41,941 bases of DNA from an uncultured Gammaproteobacteria bacterium (GCA_964604915.1 CAZSAA010000003.1:1-41941); one strand, 5' to 3'. Positions 31,781 through 41,043 are shown, counted from the first letter of the stretch. Notes: generated by a model from the sequence alone, not told the origin. A program made the numbers and translations.

Positions 31781-34700
31781 TCATTTGACTATCTTACTCG
31801 GCCAAGCGGCTCTCACGCTCTCATTCCCTGAATCGTCACGGGCGGAAATGGCAAAATAATGATCACCCGAGGAAAGCTTAGCCAAATCAAGTTCCATCTT
31901 GTTCGTCGCCTTGCCCGTGGCTTCAAAATATTCGACATAGGTTCCTGCCGCCACGCCGTGGTAGACGCGGTATGAGACAGTGTCATCAGTATTAGCCGTC
32001 CAAGAGAAGGTGAGCTTCGAAGCATCAATCGATACTGAGAAATCTATCGGTACGGCTGGCTTCTGCTGGTCGGTCGGTACGACCGAAAGCTGCGCCGATA
32101 ACTGACTTTCCGCTTTAGCCGCTGAAACAGCAGAAATGCGGAAATAGTACCTTGCATCATTCTCTAGTCCCGTAAGGCTAACCTGGCATTGGTAATAATC
32201 ACCGGGCTTAGGATTAGCGGGCGTACAGGCAGAGAGCGGCGATACATCCTTATTACTAAAGGCGGCATCTCCCTGCTTCTGATAGTATATCTTATACGTT
32301 CCTAGCTTGGAAGCGTCTGTCTGATACAAGATGTCGGCCGGACTGCGCCAAGCGAGTTCGATTGCGCCACCAGTTTCCCGGTCGCTAGCCGAGAGCAACT
32401 CTACCGGACTCGGCAGGCTCTCCCGGAAGAAGTATGATTCCTTGAGTACGTTCCAGACGCAGATACCGTCAGCGTTGCCGTCTCTATCTTCGTCATTACC
32501 ACAAGCAGCATATAATTCCGAGCAAGGATTCCCATTATTAGTGCAAGCTAACTGGTTTCCTGTACCGGTAATGACGGCGGGGTTGATGATGGCCGGCAAG
32601 TCATCCTGACTGCCGCCTTGGCCATTATCGCGGCAGTAATAGAAGGCATAGCCGTAGCCGGAACAAGCACCGCCCGTGGAATTATCGCAATTATCCTTCC
32701 AGGGCGTCCAAGTGCCATCATTATTTACCGTCGGCCACGGATTATCGCAGATAAATATATACACCGGAGCGCTATAGCGATAGCTATCGCCGCCCAGATA
32801 ATAGTTGCAGCAATTTTCCGGGCAACTAGGCCCGCTACAGGAACAGGAGTCGCTCTCGCAAGATTCGCCTTTGAAACGAGCCATCGACACCGTAGCGCTG
32901 ACATAAGTATTACCATCGCTGATACCTTGGTTCGCTCTCACTAGTCGATAGTTACCTGGAGCGCCGGCTAAAACGTTGATCTTGACCAAACTCTCGCCGT
33001 CCGGGCTGTTCCAACTCCAATCCCAGGCATAGCCAGTTACCTGATGCAATTCTTCGCCGGATGAGCTATAGGCATGAGCGATAAAGAGCTTATCGCCGTC
33101 GTTCTGATTATCGAAATTATCCGCCTGCCAGTTCGAATCGTCCTCATCGATATGATTCTCGGTGGTCTGGAAGAGATATGAATAGGGATCGACACTCACG
33201 CTGGCGATATTACATATCCCGTTATTATCGCTCTGATTAGGCAGGGTGGAAAAGCGCATGATATAGGAATTGGGGAAAGATTGGCCGTTGAAGGTCATGC
33301 TTCCGCCCGAAATATAAGCGCTTCCGTTAAGCGGAAGATAACCACGTCCGTTCATCCCTATCCCCCAGGACGATAGCACGCCAGAATTGCTGTCTAAAGC
33401 CGCATCGCCTTTGATAATCGCATAATATGCCGTATCGGCCGCCAAAACTCCTATAGGTTGGATCGAAACGGCACTCTTGGATCCATCACCCTCGGATGCG
33501 AGGCTAGCTGGGACTAGGCAATAGAAGTTAGCGCTGGTATCGGCGGATACTGCCTGGCCGAAGATATCCTTAACGAAGGCAAGTACCCTATAGAATACCC
33601 TGGCAATATAACTATCGCTACCTCGAGCGGTATTGATGCCACCAAGTGCGGTGCCGCTAGGACATGCCTCATCGCCGGCGCTACGCTCCTCCAGTAACAG
33701 GACATTCCCGTCTAGGCTGCTGAAAGCCAAGCTCTGATTAAAGGGCACGTTTATCACCGTATTGCGACAGACGTTATCCTGATTATTGGCTGGAGATACC
33801 GAGTCTTCTTCCACTTGCGGCCGGGCACGGCAGCAGGCTCCGCTATCGCAACCGACCGAAGCAGCGTCGCCGCAATCACTATCAAGTGAACAGCCGCAAC
33901 AGAGGCCACGGTTCTCACCGGAACAGGGCGCTTGATTAGCTAAGCAACTCAGGTTCTTAGTGCCAGGCAGGTTGCACGAATCTTCATTGCTGACATCGCA
34001 ACAGCAGGCCCCACATTCGCCGGTACTACCTTGGCTGCCCGAATCGGCCAGGCAAGCGAAAGGCGACGCGCATAGGCCAAGGGCGCAAGAAGAAGGTTTC
34101 TGATCATCCTGGCAACTCATGCCGACAATAGAAGATCCGTTGTTAGCGCAAGCGCTCTGGCAACTTATCATCCCCTTGAACCTTCCAGTAGCGGCTGGGA
34201 TAGAGTTACATTGGTTAGTATTGGGCAAGCAATCATAATAGGCGCAAAAAGCACTCTCATTCAGGCGCGTGCCCTTGGAACAAAGGCTAGTAGCCTGATC
34301 AAAGCAGCAGCCGGAAGCCGCCTGACAACTAGTAACATCCCCGTCAAACAGTGAACAATAATTCTTGTTCGAATCCAACTTACAGCCATCATTGCAATCA
34401 TCTAAGGTCGAGAAATAGCCGACTTTGAGAGGATTAGAAGCAGCGCATAGTCCGGACTCATCGGATTGGCAGTCATAATACGCACAATAGCCATAATCAG
34501 GATTTGAAGCATCACTGGTAAGGGCGGTGCCATTACCGGACCGACACGCGTCATCGCTAGGATCGAGATTCTGCTTCGCGTCGAAGCAGCAAGCTTCAGC
34601 ATAAACGGAACAAGCCGCCCTATCTTGGTCGAAATCAGAACACTTTATACACTCATCTCCAACCATAATATCGCAATCATCTTCGTCGCCGGATAGCCCG

Positions 34701-36811
34701 GTATCGAATTTCCATTCGAACACGGAAGCCGGCGCGGCGATAGCGCAATCGGCCAGGCTGTCAGCGCAACGTCCGGCTTTATAGGTATTTTCCCCGCAGC
34801 AGACCTGGTTAGAGCAATCCCCGTCCGATTCGCACTCCCCGACCGCAAAGTTCAAGCTATTACTATCGAGATTATCCCGCCTAACTAGCAAGGGGCCGGT
34901 GACCGCGCCTTGCGGCACCTTGATCTCCAGCTTATCCGCATCACCGTCCTCCTTTACGACGGAAGAGGTAGCGACATTCTTAGAAAAAACGATAGCAGCG
35001 GCCTGCCCTTTATTACCGAAATTCTCACCCCATAGACTTATAGGATTGCCGATTTGCCCGGTAGTCGGCTTTACCTTACATAGGCTAGGCAAGAGATCAA
35101 GGGACGGATCGACTCGAAAACGATTGACTGCCAGCTTATCAGCATTAACCTCTTCACCCCCCTTGCTTATGCGCAAGGAATAGTTGCCATCCGCTATGCC
35201 TTCCGGTACTTTCACTATTATCTGATTGTTCTCCCAGACCGAGTCCAGACATTGCTCCGGGAAGCGGTAATCCGCTTCCGTCTCGCCGAAATAGACATGG
35301 CTGCTACCGCGCACCGAGCCGAAACCACTACCATAGATCGTAACATATTGACCGGCCTTGCCGCTGCGCGGCTCGAAAGAAGATATATAGAAATCGGAAG
35401 CAGAATCGTAATTTTTAGAAAAATACAGATAGTTGCTATATTGATTGACCCCGCCCTCCGTGGTAGACACGAAACTAGAGACCTCGCCGCCCTTGATATT
35501 TGGCACTTTAGCTGTACCGACAAATCCTAACGGATCAATGAAGCTAGAGTATAATCCTTTGGCATTATCCTCATAATCCCCGAAATAGGCGTCGGCGCCA
35601 CTAAGACTAAGGCCATAATATGAAACATCATCACTAAGATCACCGGATTCAGGATTGAGCTTGCATAATCCAGGCCGATCAATGGAATTAACCACGAAAT
35701 CGGCTAAACGAGGACCACGCTCATCATCGGTAGTATCAGTATTATCACCACCGCGCGTGACACTAATTGCTCCAGCTCTGGCTGAAGGCGGCACTACTAC
35801 TACGATCTGGGTATCACTCCAATTATTGCCGCATTCCGGATTGAGGCTCTGCGGGAAAACGGCGATAGCGTCATCGCCTCCATCCTGGCTATTGCCCAAG
35901 AAAGTCACCTTTCCCTGACCGTCAGCATTATCACCGAAGTTCTTGCCGAAGATACTGATGATATTGCCGGATGCGCCGTTAGGAGTAATGGCGTCACAGG
36001 CCGCACCGCCGCAATCCGAAGCGTCTTCGCAAGCCTTATCATTATCATTACTACAGAAACCGCCTATCGGACTCATTCCCTTTATCACTGGCGCGCCGAC
36101 GCACTGGCAGCTTTCCGTATCGCAAGACAGGTATTCCGAACACAAATCGTCATCTGCGCTGCATGTATCCGCATCGCTAGAACAAGCATCGCCCAGATCG
36201 CCCTGCGCTTCGCAGGCACAAGTATCAGTATTGCAAGTATAGCCATCGGCGCAGATCGAAGCATTAGCCTGGCAGCCAGAGCTAAGACTGCTGTCGCAAG
36301 AAGTCTCGACATTGCCACTGCTGCAGTCAGACCCGAGGCATGGCCCCCAGCTGCCGCCAATACAGGAAATACGTCCGCCGCAACCGCAGGAAAGGAACTG
36401 GCCGGACTGGCAAGAACCGCTTCCGCCGCCATTGCCGCCGTTACTAGTGCCTAGCAGTTGATTAAGGACGAACGTAGCGATACCCCAAGCGGACAATATT
36501 ATGACAAGGCCGACCACGCCGTTCTTGAGGACCTGCTTTGCCCTATCGATCTTATCACTCTCGCCGTTGCTGGTGAGCCAGATGAAGCCGCCCCAGAGAA
36601 CGATAAGCAAGGCGATAGTCCCGAGAGCTAACATCGCGATATTTATTATCCTCCCGACTGTTTCCCGCGGATCAGTATTGCTAAGTCCGATCGATTCGTC
36701 TATCACTTCTAGGCCTAAATCGGCAGCCAAGGCTTGGCTCGCCCCGAAAAATAGGGAGAATATCCCGACACCTAGTGCTAAGGTTATAAGTATCTTCTTC
36801 ATTTTGTTCAT
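31781..36811 (-). CDS. Giant surface protein (1676 aa): VirB2/TrbC-like N-terminal module, Cys-rich regions, IPT/TIG-like, Big_5-like and two FN3 domains
   Basis: Uninterrupted 5-kb ORF. Domain calls come from motifs, detailed in the sub-features below. Confidence 0.8.
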   Translation of the reverse strand: MNKMKKILITLALGVGIFSLFFGASQALAADLGLEVIDESIGLSNTDPRETVGRIINIAMLALGTIALLIVLWGGFIWLTSNGESDKIDRAKQVLKNGVVGLVIILSAWGIATFVLNQLLGTSNGGNGGGSGSCQSGQFLSCGCGGRISCIGGSWGPCLGSDCSSGNVETSCDSSLSSGCQANASICADGYTCNTDTCACEAQGDLGDACSSDADTCSADDDLCSEYLSCDTESCQCVGAPVIKGMSPIGGFCSNDNDKACEDASDCGGAACDAITPNGASGNIISIFGKNFGDNADGQGKVTFLGNSQDGGDDAIAVFPQSLNPECGNNWSDTQIVVVVPPSARAGAISVTRGGDNTDTTDDERGPRLADFVVNSIDRPGLCKLNPESGDLSDDVSYYGLSLSGADAYFGDYEDNAKGLYSSFIDPLGFVGTAKVPNIKGGEVSSFVSTTEGGVNQYSNYLYFSKNYDSASDFYISSFEPRSGKAGQYVTIYGSGFGSVRGSSHVYFGETEADYRFPEQCLDSVWENNQIIVKVPEGIADGNYSLRISKGGEEVNADKLAVNRFRVDPSLDLLPSLCKVKPTTGQIGNPISLWGENFGNKGQAAAIVFSKNVATSSVVKEDGDADKLEIKVPQGAVTGPLLVRRDNLDSNSLNFAVGECESDGDCSNQVCCGENTYKAGRCADSLADCAIAAPASVFEWKFDTGLSGDEDDCDIMVGDECIKCSDFDQDRAACSVYAEACCFDAKQNLDPSDDACRSGNGTALTSDASNPDYGYCAYYDCQSDESGLCAASNPLKVGYFSTLDDCNDGCKLDSNKNYCSLFDGDVTSCQAASGCCFDQATSLCSKGTRLNESAFCAYYDCLPNTNQCNSIPAATGRFKGMISCQSACANNGSSIVGMSCQDDQKPSSCALGLCASPFACLADSGSQGSTGECGACCCDVSNEDSCNLPGTKNLSCLANQAPCSGENRGLCCGCSLDSDCGDAASVGCDSGACCRARPQVEEDSVSPANNQDNVCRNTVINVPFNQSLAFSSLDGNVLLLEERSAGDEACPSGTALGGINTARGSDSYIARVFYRVLAFVKDIFGQAVSADTSANFYCLVPASLASEGDGSKSAVSIQPIGVLAADTAYYAIIKGDAALDSNSGVLSSWGIGMNGRGYLPLNGSAYISGGSMTFNGQSFPNSYIMRFSTLPNQSDNNGICNIASVSVDPYSYLFQTTENHIDEDDSNWQADNFDNQNDGDKLFIAHAYSSSGEELHQVTGYAWDWSWNSPDGESLVKINVLAGAPGNYRLVRANQGISDGNTYVSATVSMARFKGESCESDSCSCSGPSCPENCCNYYLGGDSYRYSAPVYIFICDNPWPTVNNDGTWTPWKDNCDNSTGGACSGYGYAFYYCRDNGQGGSQDDLPAIINPAVITGTGNQLACTNNGNPCSELYAACGNDEDRDGNADGICVWNVLKESYFFRESLPSPVELLSASDRETGGAIELAWRSPADILYQTDASKLGTYKIYYQKQGDAAFSNKDVSPLSACTPANPKPGDYYQCQVSLTGLENDARYYFRISAVSAAKAESQLSAQLSVVPTDQQKPAVPIDFSVSIDASKLTFSWTANTDDTVSYRVYHGVAAGTYVEYFEATGKATNKMELDLAKLSSGDHYFAISARDDSGNESVRAAWPSKIVK
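31784..32416 (-). other. Two C-terminal fibronectin type III domains (aa ~1466-1676)
   Basis: First domain: PSPVELLSA...AIELAWRSP...YKIYYQ...YYFRISAVS. Second domain: PIDFSVS...LTFSWTAN...YRVYHG...HYFAISARDDSGNES. Confidence 0.65.
34847..36094 (-). other. Three IPT/TIG-like domains (aa ~240-655)
   Basis: PVIKGMSPIGG...IISIFGKNFG...KVTFLG, then ISSFEPRSGKAGQYVTIYGSGFG...HVYFGE, then LCKVKPTTGQIGNPISLWGENFG. Confidence 0.55.
36452..36811 (-). other. N-terminal T4SS-pilin-like (VirB2/TrbC-like) module of the 1676-aa protein
   Basis: The signal peptide ends ALA|ADLG. Next come helix 1 (RIINIAMLALGTIALLIVLWGGFIWLT), the loop SNGESDKIDRAKQVLKNG and helix 2 (VVGLVIILSAWGIATFVL). Confidence 0.6.
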
Positions 36812-36826
36812 ATTAAATCTGCCCGA

Positions 36827-39460
36827 TTATTGACAATTGCCATCTTCATCAAGTTGATTGGTAGCCGAACCGAAGCAGCAGGACGGATTCTCGTCATCCG
36901 CTGTGCAGCTTAGGCCGGAACTGGGCTTGAAACAATTCTGATAGATATCCTTGACGCCGGAACCGGCTTGAACGCGATAGGTGACCGAATCAAGGAACCG
37001 TGAATGACCGATGGAAATGCTAGTAATATCCGGCTCGTTATCAAGCGGGAAAGAATCAACGTTTTGGCTGCTTATCCAATATCCGACTGTGCTGTCGCCG
37101 CTAGAATATATATTTATCCTCTTCTGCGCCGCCGTAACGCCATTTATCGTCGTTTCTACCGCACCGGTCTTGAGCGTGGAATTCATCATCAAGGCACTGA
37201 AGTTAAGGTTGATACTGCTTTCAGTCATGATGCCCTGGGTACCGCTCTCTGGTTCGATGAAGGTGATTTGCGGGGCATCTATCTGCGCGCTATCCGTCAG
37301 GAAGAACGACCACCGGTAGCTATCGCCATAGACGCCATTCTGATTGTTTTCATAATAATAGGTGAGGGGGCCGCTGGCGTATCCGTTTCGATTGCCATCT
37401 AAAGAATTGAGAGCAGCATCCATCAGCCCGCTCAAAGCGGTAGCGCTGGAGAGTGGATAACTATGGCCCGCTCCGTCCTGGCAAGACTGGCGGCTTCCAT
37501 TCGTCAGGCACTGGTTATATGAGCCGAAAGCTTGGCAATCAGCATCGGATGAGCAAGCCAGCAAGGAAGCGGCCTGAAGCTGAACGGCCAAATTAGCGCC
37601 TTTGGGCAAGCAATATATCTTCTCGCCACAGCTATTGAGCCCGCATTCTTGGTCGGAAATAAACTCGACGGTCTTGAAAGAGCTGCTCAGAACAAACTTA
37701 CCTGGTACAAACGTGCCGACACAAGCGCTATTGCGGCAATCATAGGAAAGACAGTCGCTCGCCTGGGAACAGTATACCCCCGCGCCAGCCGCGCCGCCAT
37801 CCGCGTTTACCACTTTCATATACGGCGCCATCTCGAGAGAATCACCCGATAGGGTAAGGGGGTTCATGGCTTCGGAAAAATTGATCTGGATTACTGAGTT
37901 CATCGGCTTGTCCTTTATCCCGCTGACTTGGCTGGCCGAAGAAGCGTCTTGGCCGCCAGACATAGCTATCACCTTCACTTTCTCATCAGAACTCGAAAGT
38001 GCGATATTATTACCAGTCACACCGGCTACCTTAGCGGTGACTACCACCCGATTGCCGCTTACCGAAGGATATACTGCCGGATTACCGCTTAGCTTGGCAT
38101 ATATATTAGCGACTAGCCCGCTTATCGAGCAGCTATCCGGGCGAAGGATATTCATGCCGGCATTGGAATCAGCGAAAGTATAGATAAGGTTATCGACACT
38201 AATAGTATCAGCTGCCTCCATAGGCCGAACCTTCACGTCCCAGGAATTACCTGCTTCATAGGCGGAGACCGAAAGACTGAAGATGCCGGCGAAAGAAACA
38301 GATTTCTGACTATCGAAAGCCGCCGATCCTAGATTTTCCCCAGCCGAAGATAACTGGACAGTCTTGCCGTCGACAGCGACGGTAGCGACAAAATCAGTAA
38401 TCGTCTGGTTATATGATCCGTCGACTTGGACTTGCGCGTCATTGTCACCACTAATCCGATTGACCGATACTAATTTAGCCGGAGAATATACCGAAGGGCA
38501 ACCACTGACTTCGAAATAACCGGAAGCAGCCACAGCTGATACTTGGACAGTTAAAGAATCCCGCCCACTGTCAGGTGCCGGGAAGACACCGCCCGATAGT
38601 ACCTGGGGTGGCGTCAGGTCCAACTTGTCGCTCACGGTAAAGGACCACGACATCGAATCACTGCTACAACTGGCAAAGATAGATTCACCGTTAGAATTAT
38701 TGATACCGTTACCCAAAGTAACGGAATAGTCGGTCTTGCCCGTACTCTCACCTAAATAGGTATCGGGCGTAATCACAAATATCCGCCGATCAGGACTGGC
38801 ACTCACGCTAGCTGAGATATTTGATTCACCATCGGTACGGCTAAGATTAAAATTGTTGGTGTTGAGACGGCGACAAGTGGCGGAGCAGGCACAGGCCGCG
38901 CCAGATTCATCTTGACAGACCGAAGCTAGGTCAATATCTTCCTTGAAATTAACCATGACTACGGTATTGCGCGGCACGTCATTCTGGCCAGGAGCCGGAT
39001 AGACACTCTCTATGCTGCAGGAACCAAGAGCCGAAGTCCCAAAAGAAGCCGGCCGATACCCATTTGATAGCGTCATGCTACCATTATTAGTTTCGTTGCC
39101 GCTAAGCTTGCTGATGATAAAAGTAGCAATACCCCAAGCCGAGAGGATGATTGCTAAGCCAATGACGCCGTTTTTGAGTAGTTGCTTAGCCTTATCGATC
39201 TTAGCGTCTTCGCCCTCGCTGGTCATCCACAGGAAACCGGCATAGAGGATGACCACCAAGGCGATAGTCGACAAGAAGCCTAGGGCGATCTGGATTATCC
39301 GACCGATGATAATACGGGGGTCGGTGGCGGAAAGACCGATAGACTCATCAATCACTTCCGTGCCTAAATCCGCCCCCAAGGCTGGAAAGGTAAATAAAAA
39401 CAAGGCCAACAGAAATGGGGCGAATATTCCGGCCAAAATTTTTGTGCTGCGTTTTACCAT
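36827..39460 (-). CDS. Large surface protein (877 aa): VirB2/TrbC-like N-terminal module plus Big_5/SbsA-Ig-like and Cys-rich domains
   Basis: Uninterrupted 2.6-kb ORF. Big_5-like blocks are IESVYPAPGQNDVPRNTVVMVNFKEDIDLASV and PMNSVIQINFSEAMNPLTLS. The C-terminal third is Cys-rich. Confidence 0.8.
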   Translation of the reverse strand: MVKRSTKILAGIFAPFLLALFLFTFPALGADLGTEVIDESIGLSATDPRIIIGRIIQIALGFLSTIALVVILYAGFLWMTSEGEDAKIDKAKQLLKNGVIGLAIILSAWGIATFIISKLSGNETNNGSMTLSNGYRPASFGTSALGSCSIESVYPAPGQNDVPRNTVVMVNFKEDIDLASVCQDESGAACACSATCRRLNTNNFNLSRTDGESNISASVSASPDRRIFVITPDTYLGESTGKTDYSVTLGNGINNSNGESIFASCSSDSMSWSFTVSDKLDLTPPQVLSGGVFPAPDSGRDSLTVQVSAVAASGYFEVSGCPSVYSPAKLVSVNRISGDNDAQVQVDGSYNQTITDFVATVAVDGKTVQLSSAGENLGSAAFDSQKSVSFAGIFSLSVSAYEAGNSWDVKVRPMEAADTISVDNLIYTFADSNAGMNILRPDSCSISGLVANIYAKLSGNPAVYPSVSGNRVVVTAKVAGVTGNNIALSSSDEKVKVIAMSGGQDASSASQVSGIKDKPMNSVIQINFSEAMNPLTLSGDSLEMAPYMKVVNADGGAAGAGVYCSQASDCLSYDCRNSACVGTFVPGKFVLSSSFKTVEFISDQECGLNSCGEKIYCLPKGANLAVQLQAASLLACSSDADCQAFGSYNQCLTNGSRQSCQDGAGHSYPLSSATALSGLMDAALNSLDGNRNGYASGPLTYYYENNQNGVYGDSYRWSFFLTDSAQIDAPQITFIEPESGTQGIMTESSINLNFSALMMNSTLKTGAVETTINGVTAAQKRINIYSSGDSTVGYWISSQNVDSFPLDNEPDITSISIGHSRFLDSVTYRVQAGSGVKDIYQNCFKPSSGLSCTADDENPSCCFGSATNQLDEDGNCQ
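39101..39460 (-). other. N-terminal T4SS-pilin-like (VirB2/TrbC-like) module of the 877-aa protein
   Basis: The signal peptide ends ALG|ADLG. Next come RIIQIALGFLSTIALVVILYAGFLWMT, the loop SEGEDAKIDKAKQLLKNG, and VIGLAIILSAWGIATFII. It is in the same register as the 1676-aa protein. Confidence 0.6.
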
Positions 39461-39478
39461 TTATTTTGAGCAAAACTA

Positions 39479-39487
39479 TGCTATAAT
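39479..39487 (+). promoter_or_regulatory. Candidate extended -10 promoter (TGCTATAAT) for rel
   Basis: TGnTATAAT lies 53 nt upstream of the ATG at 39541. Confidence 0.4.
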
Positions 39488-39508
39488 TGTTTGTATCGCT
39501 ATGGTTAG

Positions 39509-39517
39509 ATTATACCA
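39509..39517 (-). promoter_or_regulatory. Candidate extended -10 promoter (TGGTATAAT) for the surface-protein locus
   Basis: On the minus strand, TGGTATAAT lies about 48 nt upstream of the ATG at 39460. Confidence 0.4.
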
Positions 39518-39540
39518 TAAAGAATAAATTTAGAAAATAA

Positions 39541-41022
39541 ATGAACATCGAGAGCGTCGTCAAAAAATTCTTGCAGAACCATCCCAAGGCGGAAGTCGAG
39601 ATGATAAGGCTTGCCTATGAATTCGCCGAAAACGCACATCGCGACCAAGCGAGGAAAAACGGCGAGCCATACATACAGCATCCGCTCCACACCGCCTATC
39701 TGCTAGCGGAAATGAAGGCTGACCTGCCCACGGTCATTGCCGGCATCCTGCATGACGTGCCGGAGGACACGGAAGTGACACTCGAGGATGTCGGACATAA
39801 CTTCGGCGAAGAAGTGGCCACCTTAGTAGCTGGCGTCACCAAACTAGGGAAGATAAAATACCGAGGCATCGAACGGTATCGGGAAAACCTCAAGAAAATG
39901 TTCCTAGCCATGTCCACCGATATCCGGGTAATATTTATTAAATTCTGCGATAGGCTACATAACCTCCGCACCCTCGATTCCCTGCCCGGGCCCAAACAGC
40001 AGCGCATCGCCCAAGAAACCTTGGAAATATACGCCCCCATCGCCGGACTGATCGGCATCTGGAAACTGAAATGGCAGATGGAAGACCTCTGCTTCAAGTT
40101 CCTCTATCCCAACAAATTTAACGAACTGGAGAACCGCTATGAAGTCGAGAAGAAGACGGAGCGTAACCAATTCTTCCAGAAGATAAGGAATATCTTGGCT
40201 CCCAAATTGGAAGAGGCTGGTATCGAATATGAGATAGAAGTCCGTTTCAAGCACCTATACAGCATTTACCAGAAAATGCAAAAGAAGGAGCGCAAGTTCG
40301 ACGAGATATATGACGTGTTCGCCCTCAGGGTGATCGTACCGACTATCAACGATTGCTATAAGGTGCTTGGCATCATTCATACCCTCTGGAAGCCCAAGAC
40401 TAACCGTTTCAAGGATTATATCGCCGTGCCCAAACCCAACGGCTACCGCTCCCTCCATACCACTATCTTCGGTCCGGAAGGCAAGGCGACTGAATTTCAG
40501 ATCAGGACGCAGGAAATGCATGAAGAAGCGAACTACGGTATCGCCGCCCACTGGTATTACAAGGAAAAGACACCCGGTGGCGACAAGCAGCAACCCGCCT
40601 GGGTCAAAGAGATAATCGATATCCAGAAAGAGGTAACCAGCACCAGCGAATTAGTGAAGAATGTAAAGCTGGATATCTTCCGTGACCGCATCTTCGTGTT
40701 CTCGCCCAAAGGTGACGTCTTTGAGCTCCCGGAAGGGTCGACACCAGTGGACTTCGCCTATGCCGTCCACACCAACATCGGCAACCAAGCTATCGGCGCC
40801 ATGATAAACGACAAGATCGGCAAGTTAGACCAGGAACTAAGGAATGGCGACATCGTGGAGATAATCACCCAGAAAGGCCGTATCCATCCCAACAAAGATT
40901 GGCTCAAGTTCGTCAAGACCAAACACGCCCGGGAAAGGATACGGCAATTTGCCAAGAAATCCGCTTTCGAGAATATCAAAAAATTCTTCCCGGGAACGGG
41001 AAAAAATAAGGATAAGAAATAA
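39541..41022 (+). CDS. rel: Bifunctional (p)ppGpp synthetase/hydrolase, short RelA/SpoT homolog (HD + synthetase + TGS, no ACT/RRM end)
   Basis: HD motif is HRDQARKNGEPYIQHPL...ILHDVPEDT. Synthetase blocks are RFKHLYSIYQKM, DVFALRVIV and YRSLHTT. TGS block is IFVFSPKGDVFELPEGSTPVDFAYAVHTNIG...NGDIVEII. The protein ends at 493 aa. Confidence 0.88.
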   Translation: MNIESVVKKFLQNHPKAEVEMIRLAYEFAENAHRDQARKNGEPYIQHPLHTAYLLAEMKADLPTVIAGILHDVPEDTEVTLEDVGHNFGEEVATLVAGVTKLGKIKYRGIERYRENLKKMFLAMSTDIRVIFIKFCDRLHNLRTLDSLPGPKQQRIAQETLEIYAPIAGLIGIWKLKWQMEDLCFKFLYPNKFNELENRYEVEKKTERNQFFQKIRNILAPKLEEAGIEYEIEVRFKHLYSIYQKMQKKERKFDEIYDVFALRVIVPTINDCYKVLGIIHTLWKPKTNRFKDYIAVPKPNGYRSLHTTIFGPEGKATEFQIRTQEMHEEANYGIAAHWYYKEKTPGGDKQQPAWVKEIIDIQKEVTSTSELVKNVKLDIFRDRIFVFSPKGDVFELPEGSTPVDFAYAVHTNIGNQAIGAMINDKIGKLDQELRNGDIVEIITQKGRIHPNKDWLKFVKTKHARERIRQFAKKSAFENIKKFFPGTGKNKDKK

Positions 41023-41040
41023 AGCCCCTTTCGGGGCTTT
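41021..41040. terminator. Bidirectional terminator between rel and rpsU
   Basis: AAAGCCCC-tttc-GGGGCTTT, with T-rich tracts following on both strands. Confidence 0.65.
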
Positions 41041-41043
41041 ATC

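Noticed and set aside
39505-39690. 61-aa minus-strand ORF overlapping the rel start
   Set aside because: It lies antisense to the rel 5' end and the intergenic promoter region, with no motif. It is likely spurious.
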